Source: Paraphysomonas bandaiensis (taxonomy: Eukaryota; Protista; Chrysophyceae). Taken from it: a stretch of DNA of 64,000 nt. This document shows positions 34,932 through 47,197 of this stretch, in pieces (position 1 is the stretch's first letter; every line of letters begins with the position of its first letter). The stretch is taken from NCBI GenBank assembly GCA_965644295.1, contig CBFFRP010000445.1, forward strand, positions 62,001-126,000, in the 5' to 3' direction. A program made the translations under genes and the position numbers. The notes below the pieces were generated by a model that was not told the origin of the DNA, searched no databases, and worked only from the letters and a program-made list of their open reading frames with translations.

Positions 34932-36452
34932 CTAACTGCGCAGACTCGTTTTCAATAGGTGGGATCGTTTTATAGATCGCCTAATAAACGGTATGTGAGC
35001 AATGCCAAGTGTAGGGAAACATACAGGACAGTATACCTGGGTGCGAGAGGACAGATAAGCCCATTGTGCCAACCGAGAGGCCAGATTCTTGTATCCACTA
35101 GATAATGCCATATCAATAGGAGATAGCTCTACGCACAACTTACGTAAATTGCATTGATACATATATTAATACTTGTACCATCATTGTCCAGGGTGTCTAC
35201 AATGCTCTGGCCTCGTTCAGAAAAGTGTGCAGCCAGTACAGCACTCATCTCATGTGAACCCGCCGAGGCAGCTAGGTGAAGCGCAGAAGAACCAGCCTCG
35301 GTCCTCGAGAAAGGGCTGGCCCCGGCGTGTAGCAGCTTCTCAAATATACGAACATGACCCCTGCGAATGCATAAGAACGCTGCAATATAAGATTGACTGG
35401 CATACAAGAAAACGGGGTAATCAGGGATATACTTAGTCGCGGGTATATAGTGCACACAGAAAAAGTCCAAAGGTTTATTAATACGCATATTGAGGGCATA
35501 AAAAGGTAAAAATATAACTCATATCATGTGCACTATACCCGAGACAAGCGAAGTGCAGTGGTGTTAGTCCAAAGTCATTTGCCACATCATGTCCTCCCTG
35601 TACTGTGGTTTCTAGCAGAGCCTTGACGCACTCTTCCTTCCCTCTCTGGGCTGCTAGGTGTAATGCCGTATTACCACTAGTTCCTCTACAGGAAGGATCC
35701 GCCCCCTGAGAGATGAGTACAACCAAGGTCTCTGTTGCCCCATGCATGGCGGCTCGATGAAGAGGTGACAGACCCTGTGCAGTACCTTCAGATGGCTGAT
35801 TTTCACTGCCACTGGACTTGCTAAGTGCCTTCTGAATGACCGCAAGGGCATCCGTATGGTCACCAGCAACCGCAAAATCCAATGGAGACATGCCTTCCTT
35901 GTTCTTGCAATCAGGATTTGCACCACACTCCTGTAAAAGGACTTGTATCGCGTTAACATGTCCTCCCCATGCAGCATAATGTATCGCTGTATTTCCCGCT
36001 TGATCCACTGCATGTACGACTTCATATTCCTCTCCATTCCATTCAACTGGTCTCTGATACTTTTCATGCAATGCATCGGACACATTTAATCCATCACATG
36101 GCTTGCAATTCAATGTATTTGATGTGTCAGATGCCATAATATGCAACAATAACACACGTATCATCATATGATGCCCTTCATATGCAGCAATCATCATACA
36201 TGTTCTTCCATCATCTGTTAGAGATGATATAAGCGATGGATAATACGATAATATGCATTCAACAATATGTATATGATTCTTTTTAACGGCTATATGCAAG
36301 CTGTTTAGCCCATTAATCTTATCGGTTACGTTAACGTCCGTTGATTGCATGTATTGCATGCATTGATCGATATGGCCTCTTGATGCAGCTGTAAAGAGCT
36401 TCTGAGATGGATTAGGAGGAGGTGGAGGGGAAAGGAGGTCTAAGAGATCCAT
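34932..36452 (-). CDS. Ankyrin-repeat protein, multi-exon; 3' end uncertain
   Basis: Many G-x-T/S-x-L-H-x-A repeats (GLNSLHIA, GNTAIHYA, GLSPLHRA, GNTALHLA, GSSALHLA). Confidence 0.88.
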
Positions 36453-37941
36453 ATGTAGTTGGTTGTAATAGAGGGATGTGTGTATGTGTGTTATGTATAT
36501 ACCTTAAGAGGGTGTATATATGTGTGTATGCTTTACAGCAGCATGCGATAATATGGAGATGTGTGTATATACTGTATATGTATGTATATAATATGAGCAA
36601 AACTACAGATTTTAGAGAGCATAGAGTAAAATCCCTGATTTGTAAGGATATAATCTGAAATTTTTGTAATGTACTCAATCAAATTCGGTGTTTTTATGTC
36701 CCCTACGAAGCAGTATTGTGGTATATATATGCATCAAAGTTCACACTGCCGTACTGTCCAGTTGCTGTGTATGGTGTGTGTGTATAGACTGATCGGCATC
36801 CTTTGTATATTTTTGTTGAAACATGCCTCTATTATTGAGACAATAATTATCTGTATTCTAGCCGTAGTTGTATTGCAGTATTATAGAGAATATTTGCTTC
36901 AATTTAATCCCGAAAAAATAAGATGCTGACTGCCCATACGTATATATATACACACTGGTACACTGTACAGCTGGTGTCCATACACTACAATCCATTGAGA
37001 TGCATAGATGTATAGAAGTTAATGGAAGAATGTGATCTAACTATGCATCAAGCAACAAGATTGCCGCTATAGTATATCATGTTTGTTCGTTACTTCCTTT
37101 ACATCTGTATACATACAGTGCAACATAACTGCCGCTGGTGCTGCTGCTCTGAGTGTGTGTTATCGACACACTCATAGAGAACATGAGTGACTACAACCAA
37201 CCCACTCCTTCTTAAACAGTCATGTGTCTGAACAGGAAGCTCCAGTGAAGTCATTCACTATGAAAACACAAGCACTGACAGCTAATCGAAAGCTCACAGT
37301 GTTAAGTGCCCCTTAAAATGAGATTCATGATTATTGTTAAGGCTTTCAATCTATAGAATTGTAAAGTAGAGTTGTAGCAATAGAGTGGATGTATAGAGCT
37401 ATAAACATATGTATGTTATGAATATCTTCTCTCTGTTGTGTTCATCAAAGCCACCAAATAATCAGTTTCTCTTGAGAACAATTACACAGGCTCAACATTA
37501 CTTTTCAGTAGAGCTAAGATGTTATTTAATTTATGCATAAAAGAAATAGAAGTTGAGCAAGTCATGCTGGCAGCTAACGTATGGCTTAAGGCTAATAGAG
37601 TATGTAGTTTCTTATAAAAAAATAATTGTGATTACAACCTGCGTCAATTATTTGACTATTAAAAGATAGTATGTACGAACGTATTATATTTCTCAGGCAT
37701 AGTTTGGGACGTTATTTTTCACTGTTATTTATCTATTGTACGTAATAGCTATAGCTCTGCAATGACTGTATTACCGAATTTGGTTGTTTTATATGTATAT
37801 CAATTGTAATGAGAACGAATAACTATTATTAAATCTTGTTAAATACAAATATGACTGTACTAATCTTCGCAAAAAATGAAGAAGTATGTGGCCAGATGCC
37901 CATTAGCTACTACAAAAACAGACAACAGCTACTCAGCCTAT

Positions 37942-39114
37942 TTAAGGGTCCCACTGTACTGCTTCCAGAGCAATAGCTGCGTGTTTTCGCAAAAGTGAAT
38001 CGCCAGATTCATCCGCTTCCTCCTGTAAGCGTCTGATTACTCCAACCACAGACGCATGCGGGGTTCGGGTGAGAATAATACGGTCGTCATCATCGTCAGA
38101 AGTCTTACTCTCTGCCGCAATCTCTGCAAGCTGAGAAGGTTCCATGCCCCTCGTGTCCATATTGAGCTCACATCGAGCTTGAGGATATACGGCTAGATTA
38201 CTGATTACCTTGAGCACATTGAGTTTTACGAGGCGCTTGCTTTGCTGTAAAGTTTGAATGAGGACAGAAACACCATCACAGTCGGACAGCTGGATCTTTC
38301 CTTCATCTGTGGAAGTTATGGCCATTAGAGCAAAGGTTAAAGCCACCATTACTTCTTCACTGGGTAATTCCTGAAGCAACGGTACCATAACCGCAATGCC
38401 TTTCTCAGCAATAGCCGCTTCCTTGGCTACATCAGAGAAACAAATAAATCCCAGAGCACGAGCGGCTTGAAGAGTAACTTCTGTCGATGTAGTAGTCCTG
38501 AGAAGGTCTATAAATTTCTTAACGGCTTGTGATTCAAGCGCATCTTGAAGCCCCGCTTCAATTTTACAGCTGTTATGAATGGTTTGCAGCATGATAGGTT
38601 TCAACACATCATCTTCAGCAGACACCGCAGTAACAAACTCAACAGTAACTCCTGCTTTAACACATGCTCTGACACCATCCATTGTCCGAGTCACATGATG
38701 CAAACACTGATAAACATTACGGCGTACATCAACAGATGTATCATTCATTCCTTGTAATATATCTGGTATCGCTTCATCCAATAAGATAGCAGCCAGACCA
38801 TTTGCATCCGCCGCGGCCGTACTGAGTGCCATACTTGATCTGACACGTGTGGTATAATCCGGATCAGAGATCATAGATGCAAGTACTTGCACTATTCCAG
38901 CTCTTGCACACCCTTCTATAACGTATGGGTTCTGGAACTCATCGCATACAACAGCTAATGCATTTATACGTACAGATATGTCCTTATCAGCCACTTGTTC
39001 GACTAGTCGGGGGCATTTTTGCAATCCATATGCCTCAACGATCTTAGTGGATGGGACAGGAGGGGGTGAGGGTTTGGTTTCGAATAGAGGGAAGTTTATG
39101 TCACCGTTATTCAT
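37942..39114 (-). CDS. RSPH14: Radial spoke head 14 homolog (armadillo-repeat), 390 aa
   Basis: N-terminal KIVEAYG..KCPRL...RINALAVVCD and C-terminal AAIALEAVQWDP match RSPH14/RTDR1 as I recall it. ARM-like repeats. Likely start MNNGD at 39114. Confidence 0.8.
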   Translation of the reverse strand: MNNGDINFPLFETKPSPPPVPSTKIVEAYGLQKCPRLVEQVADKDISVRINALAVVCDEFQNPYVIEGCARAGIVQVLASMISDPDYTTRVRSSMALSTAAADANGLAAILLDEAIPDILQGMNDTSVDVRRNVYQCLHHVTRTMDGVRACVKAGVTVEFVTAVSAEDDVLKPIMLQTIHNSCKIEAGLQDALESQAVKKFIDLLRTTTSTEVTLQAARALGFICFSDVAKEAAIAEKGIAVMVPLLQELPSEEVMVALTFALMAITSTDEGKIQLSDCDGVSVLIQTLQQSKRLVKLNVLKVISNLAVYPQARCELNMDTRGMEPSQLAEIAAESKTSDDDDDRIILTRTPHASVVGVIRRLQEEADESGDSLLRKHAAIALEAVQWDP

Positions 39115-39768
39115 GATAGGGGGTTGGGTGGATGTATGTATATATATGTGACTGTTAAGATGATGTGTGTATGTATGTGTATATGTATGCATGTGTGTGT
39201 ATAGAGGGTTATATATACATATATATACAGAGTATACCAGTGAAACCGTCATATATACTGCAGTGGTGTGTATATAGATGTATGTACTGCTGTACATATG
39301 TATGTATGGGCTGCTGCTGCTGTAGACCAGTACATGATATTAGGCAAGAAAACCCAAGCTTTTTAGTTGAATGCTGTTTTTTGAGGCAACATATATAACA
39401 AAAAAACGAAAAAGGGTGATTTTTTGCCTGATTTTAAGCAGCAGTATTCAGAGATATCCTGTATACCGCCGTATATCATGCGGTGGATGTACTCATCTGC
39501 AGGTGTATGTATATGAATCTGGTACGTATATCTCCAGTATACAGCAGTAGTATTCACATCTATCGGGTCATATCTACATACATATATACACATACATACA
39601 CATATATACACATATATACACATATATACACATACATATATATACACACCACTCTGCTCTTGAGCACTCCTCACTTATGCTCATTCCATCCCATGATTCC
39701 TCTAACACCATAACCATACCCTCCTACCATCTCATTTCATCCCAGTAACACTCCCCCCCCTCTTCCCT

Positions 39769-42217
39769 ATGAAACAATACACTGGGTACGTGCATTCCAT
39801 GGCACATAGTCACTCACATACGCCTATGCAGATTCAGTCTTGGGATCTTCTTCATAGTCATCGTTGCAGTCATATGGGCAGGGTATGTATCCTATAATAC
39901 AGTCGTATTCTATAGATAATATCTACTGTAGGGCAAGTGTACTTACACAGTACATATATTCCGACTTAGATTTCAAGAGTCCTTTTCTAGTGACGTATAT
40001 CGCCACAGCGTTATTCTCTTTATACTTACCTCTATGGAGAGTGTGGGTGTGGATGGGTGTAGTAGAAGATCCTCCATGGTAATGTATACACCATATTCTA
40101 CACACTATACAAAGTATTAATAGATTTATAGTATTAGATTAGCTGAATTAGATTTGTATTAATAGTTATGTTGGAGTAGATATATATCACTTCACTGTAT
40201 TATTAGTATTGTATTATTAGATTTATATATATATAGATTTGTAGTGATAGATTTGCGTAATTAGTTTGCATAATTAGTTTTGGGTTAGTTGATTTTTATT
40301 AATAGATTAGTATTTTTAGGTTTGTATTATTATATTTGTATTAGTAGTTTTGTATTAGTAGAGATGTGTGAATTGTTAAGTGGTGTTTTGTCACAAGTAT
40401 TTGGTATATATTCCGTTACTTAGTAATCATATGTGTGTTTGATAATAGGCGGTTAGAGCATTTAGACAGTTCACATAGTAGTACAGATAACCTCTTAGAG
40501 AAAGGTACGTTTTCTATAGCATCTATATATTATATGCTCTATTATTCGTAACATTACTTTGTAGAAAGTATAATTAGTTCTCGTCCTGGGTCTAGAGAAA
40601 GTAACGGGGTCTATCAACGAGTGGTTGATGATGATGAGACACTTCCAACTGCTGATTTAGACAGAGATAACAAACTCATTCAGGTCTACAATGTGCTTAA
40701 TACGACATAGTATTGTGAATTCAACTTATATTTTATATTTATGCTTGGAGATTTATATGCATTTTAATTGCAGGTGTCCCGTGCTGAAGAATACTGTCAT
40801 GTGGATGTTATAAAGATTTCTCTGCTGGTTGCACCGTTGTGGTTTATTGCCAACTTTTTTTACAATTATTCACTTCTTCTAACTTCTGTGGGTAGCTCCA
40901 CTATTATAAGGTTGTGTTATATGTGTATTGATATGAGTGCCGGTGCACATCGTGCATGCGGAATGTATGCTTCATCTGCATATAATATGCTATGTGTACA
41001 TTATATTTATTTTTTTTAATCGTTTTGACAGTAATCTCTCGGGATCATTTACACTATTATTCTCATATTTACTTGGCTTGGAGGAGATTACTTATGGAAA
41101 ATTAATTGGGCTAGGTTTGTCTTTGTCAGGGGTGGCTCTGGTGAGTAGTCCTGTACTTTAAAATATGCGGGGTTATTATATGTGCTGCACTGCATCAAAT
41201 ATTCCGCAGAGATGCGAATTCTTTTTTATTTATACATTACTGTCTACATGCAGATTGGAGTTCAGGATCACGACAACGGAGAGAAACACACCGTAACAGG
41301 AGATCTCGTAGCCCTTGTAGCTGCTGCTGCCTATGGCCTGTACACGGCGACAATAAAGATAAAGGTACAGCTCTACTCTGCATGCAGAACATGTCTTTTA
41401 ATGCTATGTAGTGTATGTAATGCTATCCTATACGTGTCCATATATTTTATTGCTTATGCGATATAGTGCGTGAAGCTATAACATGTAGTTGTTAGTATAT
41501 TGTCAAGCCCGATGGAGCGTGTCTAATGTCGTTCTTATAGATTCCTGAAGATGATGGAGTGTCCATGCAGCTTCTCTTTGGCTACATCGGTGCCGTCACA
41601 GCTGTTTTATTAAGTCCTGTCATATTTTTTCTGGTGAGTAGACACCGGGAATGTTCTTGGCAGTGAAAGACGTACACTTTAAAATGTATTGAATTTCGAT
41701 ACCATCATTTGAAATTGTATTTAGTGATATATGTTCGTATCCGAATTCACATAATGCTCGACAGGGTGTGTTTAATCTTGGGAATATTTACGATCTAACG
41801 GGAAAAATCTTCGGGTTTTTACTACTGGGCAGCATTTTTAATAATGTGATATCTGATTACCTCTGGGCCAGGTACGACGATTTGATGTGCTATGTCGTCT
41901 TTAATGATACCTGGGCGTATTTATACGTGTATATATGTATACGGCGTCGCTTATGCATATGTTGTACACACATAAACGGCCTGGATTACGAATTTTTACA
42001 CAGGTCGGTCGTCCTGACTTCCCCGACAATAGCCACTGTGGGTCTCTCAATTACAATCCCATTGGCTCTTACATCAGATTTCATATTCTTCAGCAAGGTA
42101 CCAACCTATATGAGCGTATCGGGTGCGCTGCTGGTTATTCTCGGTTTTGTGTCTATGAGTGCGGAAGTGTCTATCAGAAAGTATATGATTGAGTGTTTTA
42201 AAATAATTAGATCGTAG
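39769..42217 (+). CDS. SLC35F5/Thi74-like EamA (DMT) transporter, multi-exon
   Basis: VAVIWAGASVLTQYI..PFLVTY, PLWFIANFFYNYSL..TSV, GDLVAL..AAYGLY, SDYLWA and LTSPTIATVGLSITIPL. Confidence 0.88.
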
Positions 42218-42258
42218 TTTTATTGCCATGGTATTTCTTAGCTTAAAACCTTCCCATC

Positions 42259-42407
42259 TAATTACTATAAAATTTCACTATATATCTCTTAACGTAATTA
42301 AGTCAATACTGTGCAACTGCAATACTTTAATAATACTTTCATTATGTAGTTGCACAGTATTGACTGAATTATGTTAAGAGAGATATAGTGAAATTATATA
42401 GTAATTA
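42259..42407. repeat. ~150-bp foldback hairpin
   Basis: ~62-bp imperfect arms TAATTACTATA...TGTGCAACT / AGTTGCACAG...TAGTAATTA around a ~22-nt loop. Confidence 0.85.
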
Positions 42408-43165
42408 TGATTTTGTAGCACTGTGATTGAGGTACCACGTCGATCACCAACATTGAGTTCTACAAATCGCATCTTTAATATTTTCAGTTTCTTTGTATAC
42501 TTCAACAAGCTTCAAGTACGCACGTAGGAGTTAGTTGTTGTGTTGTTGTTCAATAAATATAATTGAATAGTAGGTTGTAGTTAAACCAGTTTATTTGTTG
42601 ATGCAAGTAAGCATTTAACTTAATTTTTTAGAATTGATAATTTCTTTATTTTAGTATTCCTACTTAATTGACGCTACTCATATCATGGCACCGTAGCCTA
42701 TTGTTTATTATATTCAAGAATAATTCCGGGTCAAAAGTTAAAATGTAATCCAAACTCGTCGTAGTAATACTATCGAAATACATTGTGCCTTATCCATAAC
42801 GAAAGAAATTTCTTGCTTTGGGATATATGAATGACATAGTTACCTGTTAACACTGGTTTTACTTCTCAAATTCTGCTATATATAAAGAAGTATAAAGTAA
42901 ACAGGAAACGCGTAAACTCTGATAGTAACATAAGTTGAGCATGGAATATTCCTAGGTCAATTACTCTGTGCTGCTTCAACTCACATACGTATGACTGCTA
43001 TAGCTAGGGTACGTGCGGTGTCTCTCAGAAACATAAGTAGAGCAGTACTTGTATATATAGACTGTTGATTTTACAAACCGTGCCTTACACCATTAGGTCA
43101 CATTAAAAAGCACTTCTACTTCATGAGTGCTACACTGTCTTAACACCGCGCCAACTCATCACTAC

Positions 43166-43689
43166 CTAGTCATAAAACACGCCTTTCAGATACGCATCCA
43201 CCGCCCGCTTAGCGCCTTTAAAGAGCCAGCCTGAATTATCTTGGTGTTCACCCGCCTCCAACTCCTTCTCGCGTTTCATCACCTTGACAGCCATTGCTCT
43301 GTCAACCTACACAACACAACTATAAACACACTACTACACATATTACAATAAATTAACATGACAGTCACAATTAATGTACGCATGTTATGTATGTGACCTG
43401 CTTAAAGCCATGCAAACACTCAAAGTAGTCCTCCATCACTTTAGGACACTCCTCAGTGGGGTTCTCAGCTGCTTCCTATACACAAAAAAATATACCATTC
43501 AATACATACACGACTAATAAAAAAATAATAACTGTATAAGTAGCATATATATATATAACTACAGCGTATGTATGTATGTATGTATGTGTATGTATGTGCG
43601 GCATATTCACATACCACACATCGATTAAAGTCCTGAAAATGTTGAAAGCACCTGCTGGCCCCTCCACTTAGACCGAAACCAGAAGCCAT
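43166..43689 (-). CDS. NDUFS5: NADH:ubiquinone oxidoreductase 15-kDa subunit (NDUFS5-like), 3 exons
   Basis: MASGFGLSGGASRCF..FQDF..C / EC....EDYFECLH twin-Cys pattern. Exons ~43689-43614, 43477-43398, 43306-43166. Confidence 0.85.
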
Positions 43690-43777
43690 ATTTAATATAA
43701 ATTACAGAAGAGAAGAGCCAGAAATAATAAACAACCATAACACAATAACACCAACCACAACCATACCGACCGTATGC

Positions 43778-43780
<3 letters not shown>

Positions 43781-43810
<30 letters not shown>

Positions 43811-44108
43811 TGTATGTATGTATGTATGTATGTATGTATGTATGTATGTATGTATGTATGTATGTATGTATGTATGTATGTATGTATGTATGTATGTATG
43901 TATGTATGTATGTATGTATGTATGTATGTATGTATGTATGTATGTATGTATGTAGGTAGGTAGGTAGGTAGGTAGGTAGGTAGGTAGGTAGGTAGGTAGG
44001 TAGGTAGGTAGGTAGGTAGGTATGTATGTATGTATGTATGTATGTATGTATGTATGTATGTATGTATGTATGTATGTATGTATGTATGTATGTATGTATG
44101 TATGTATG

Positions 44109-44140
<32 letters not shown>

Positions 44141-44494
44141 TGTATGTATGTATGTATGTATGTATGTATGTATGTATGTATGTATGTATGTATGTATGTA
44201 TGTATGTATGTATGTATGTATGTATGTATGTATGTATGTATGTATGTATGTATGTATGTATGTATGTATGCATGTATGTATGTATGTATGTATGTATGTA
44301 TGTATGTATGTATGTATGTATGTATGTATGTATGTATGTATGTATGTATGTATGTATGTATGTTTGTATGTATGTATGTATGTATGTATGTATGTATGTA
44401 TGTATGTATGTATGTATGTATGTATGTATGTATGTATGTATGTATGTATGTATGTATGTATGTATGTATGTATGTATGTATGTATGTATGTATG

Positions 44495-44528
<34 letters not shown>

Positions 44529-44568
44529 TGTATGTATGTATGTATGTATGTATGTATGTATGTATGTA
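43781..44568. repeat. (TATG)n microsatellite with internal (TAGG)n block
   Basis: Read directly. TAGG block at ~43953-44020. Confidence 0.98.
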
Positions 44569-44754
44569 CGTATATATTCATTCATAGAACATACGGTACA
44601 TAGAAACCGTCTTCGTTATCTAGAAAGCTGGTGTTTTCAGTTTGATGGGGATAATTTTCAACCAAACAATCACGCATGTAGCCTCTTCATATTAACATCT
44701 CGACATCCACTCCTTCACTATTCCTCCATTCTACCATATAACAAACCAACAAAC

Positions 44755-45693
44755 ATGTCAATTAAAGTTTATTTACATTATGAAACTGATGGATCTCCTG
44801 AAAAAACTAGTAAATTAACTGTTCCAAAGAAATGGGTAACGGAGAAATATGTTAGTGATGTGATCGAGTTATTCACTGATTCATACAATAAATCCAATCC
44901 AGATCATATCATACTAAAAGATGAAGTTCATTTAACTAACAATAGTAATGAAAAAATATATTCAAATGCTATTGTAGGGGAAGTACTACAAGATCGATAT
45001 GATTATTTTATTAAACCAGGTAGATATATAAAAGATGTGTGTGTTGTTGAATCTGAGAGTGTCCCTTCAACACATCAATTAAGGTGTCGTAATTACGGAT
45101 GTAATCAGTATTATACGGAAGAAGAAAATACTGCTACATCTTGTAAACATCATGTTGCCCCTCCGATCTTTCATGATCGTATTAAAGGATGGAGTTGTTG
45201 TAAGGATAAGAAAGCTTATGATTGGGAAGAGTTTCAAGCTATTGAAGGATGTACACTTGGTCCACATAGTACTGTAGATCCTAAATTAGTGTTTGCAGCA
45301 TCGCCAACAGTTGCAGCAGCCAATGAAGCTGAAGCCAATAATCCCACACCGGCTCCTGTCCTTAAATCAATTGATTCATACAATCAAGAGAATCCAGATG
45401 CAGCATCTGCAGCAGGAGCAGCAGCAAAAGCCCTTCAAGCTCCAAGGAAATCATCTAGAAGAGATGACGGCACAGCCAAGTGCCAAAACAAGGGGTGTCA
45501 AAAGGTCTTCCCCGTCAGTGAAAACAGCCCAACAGCCTGCGTGTATCATGTCGGACAACCTGTTTTCCACGATGCAGTGAAGTTTTGGTCGTGTTGTGCA
45601 CAGAAGAAGTGTTATGACTTTGACGAGTTTTTGGCAGTTCCAGGATGTGCTACTGGTTACCACGATGATGGTGTCATTGAACTGAAGCCCTAG
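44755..45693 (+). CDS. Double-CHORD zinc-binding protein with N-terminal extension (312 aa)
   Basis: Two CHORD motifs (CRNYGC...C.HH...FHD...WSCC...GC..G.H and CQNKGC...C.YH.G.PVFHD..FWSCC..GC.TGYH). Likely start MSIKV at 44755. Confidence 0.92.
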   Translation: MSIKVYLHYETDGSPEKTSKLTVPKKWVTEKYVSDVIELFTDSYNKSNPDHIILKDEVHLTNNSNEKIYSNAIVGEVLQDRYDYFIKPGRYIKDVCVVESESVPSTHQLRCRNYGCNQYYTEEENTATSCKHHVAPPIFHDRIKGWSCCKDKKAYDWEEFQAIEGCTLGPHSTVDPKLVFAASPTVAAANEAEANNPTPAPVLKSIDSYNQENPDAASAAGAAAKALQAPRKSSRRDDGTAKCQNKGCQKVFPVSENSPTACVYHVGQPVFHDAVKFWSCCAQKKCYDFDEFLAVPGCATGYHDDGVIELKP

Positions 45694-47197
45694 TATGTCG
45701 ATTTCTCAGTGACAGTTAGGCTATTAATAGGGACAAAAGATTTCTTAACTACTAATTTGCCTTTTTTCAAAGTGCACCTACATAGCTAACATTGCATTAG
45801 GTTAGATGATTATGTGCACCCTAGTGTAGTGGTTGTGTCAATAAAGAAAGCAATCCATAGATCCATTCACCAGTACCTTTACTTCTTGTGTTGCTTCAAG
45901 CAAGCTCTCATTACATGTACGCAATGCTTTCGTGACGTATGGTAAGCTAATACATTGCTAGGTCTGCGCAACTATGATAATTCCATTTGAACACTCGAGT
46001 AGCTCACAGAATTTGTATATCTATAAGCGCTCCATATTGACAGCCGGGCGGCCGAGAGGATAGACAGATGGACGACAGTGTATGTATTGCTTGGAAAATT
46101 CACAGACGGACAAACTATTCCCACACTGTCGAATTAGAACACTACTCATCGATGATCATCTATAATATATTGTCAGCGACCGATGCCACCGGTCATTTTG
46201 TAATATTATGCATTAACTTGCACAATAATAATGCAATGAATTTAATTTTGCTGTTAATAAGCAAGTCATATTAAGAAGTCATAGTACGATATATCAAAAA
46301 CATTTCAATGGCTAACGTAGAAGACTACTTACTGTATCAGCCTCTTCAAACTGTCCGACTTAATGAGCATCTTTTTTTCCAAACTTAGTGGAACATGACG
46401 CAGATGTATTGGAGTTTCCAACCAAAACATGGAGGTGAAGAGTCGACCTGGGCATGAATCCTGGGAAGTGAATTTGACCAGTTTTTCATATAAAAACTTA
46501 ATATCGTAGAGATGTCATAAGAAGTCTTCTGGAGCCATATGCATCTATTAAAGTGCTTATAGTAACTACTTTGAAATGTAATTAAAGTTTTGCTTGTTCT
46601 GAGTTAGTATTACTGCCTGATACTCATGTTGTAGAAAAAATATTGCTTGTTATATTATAATCATCATCACGAACAGGTCTTATTAACCTACTTGTAGTGT
46701 AATATACTTTATAAAGAAGTTTTGAAGTAATTGTAGTTTCACGGCATCGTTATGCGCACGCTCAAGTAGTCGAGTCGCTTGGTCTTGAGCCACCTGCATA
46801 CGGAATTATTGCTTGTAACTGCTATCTTCATGTTTGCTGTTGTTTAACTGTAACGCAGTAGCAGACAACGTCTATGCATTGCTTTAAAAGGGCGACGGTG
46901 TCCTGTGAGATAAAACGCACATTAGGCCAATATGAGGAGCATAAGCCATTACAAGCATATGATGGTGGGTTCTACATGGAATTGTGAGGTGCAGGGTGCA
47001 GGTGATATATGAGGTATATCAGTAGATATTTTGCTATCAACAACGTGCTTTGCAGCAACATTACTACCATATGCCCGATTCTAACCTGTAGTTCCCTAAC
47101 CCAGGTATATTAGATAATATCAGGTAAATATAAAAACCTATAATATGCAAAATACATGTGTGTAGTTTTGTCAGTATCATATTGATGGTATCGCTAA

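Noticed and set aside
39115-39297. N-terminal 61 aa of the 451-aa ARM ORF
   Set aside because: Low-complexity CATA-rich upstream sequence. Similarity to RSPH14 starts after Met at 39114.
43953-44020. (TAGG)n as an interstitial telomere
   Set aside because: A one-base variant of the surrounding TATG array, not a TTAGGG/TTTAGGG repeat.
43625-44603. Long MYVC/HTYI ORFs (also 18540-18796 and 54366-56053) and the 555-aa CHORD fusion
   Set aside because: Translations of stop-free TATG microsatellite. The likely CHORD start is 44755.
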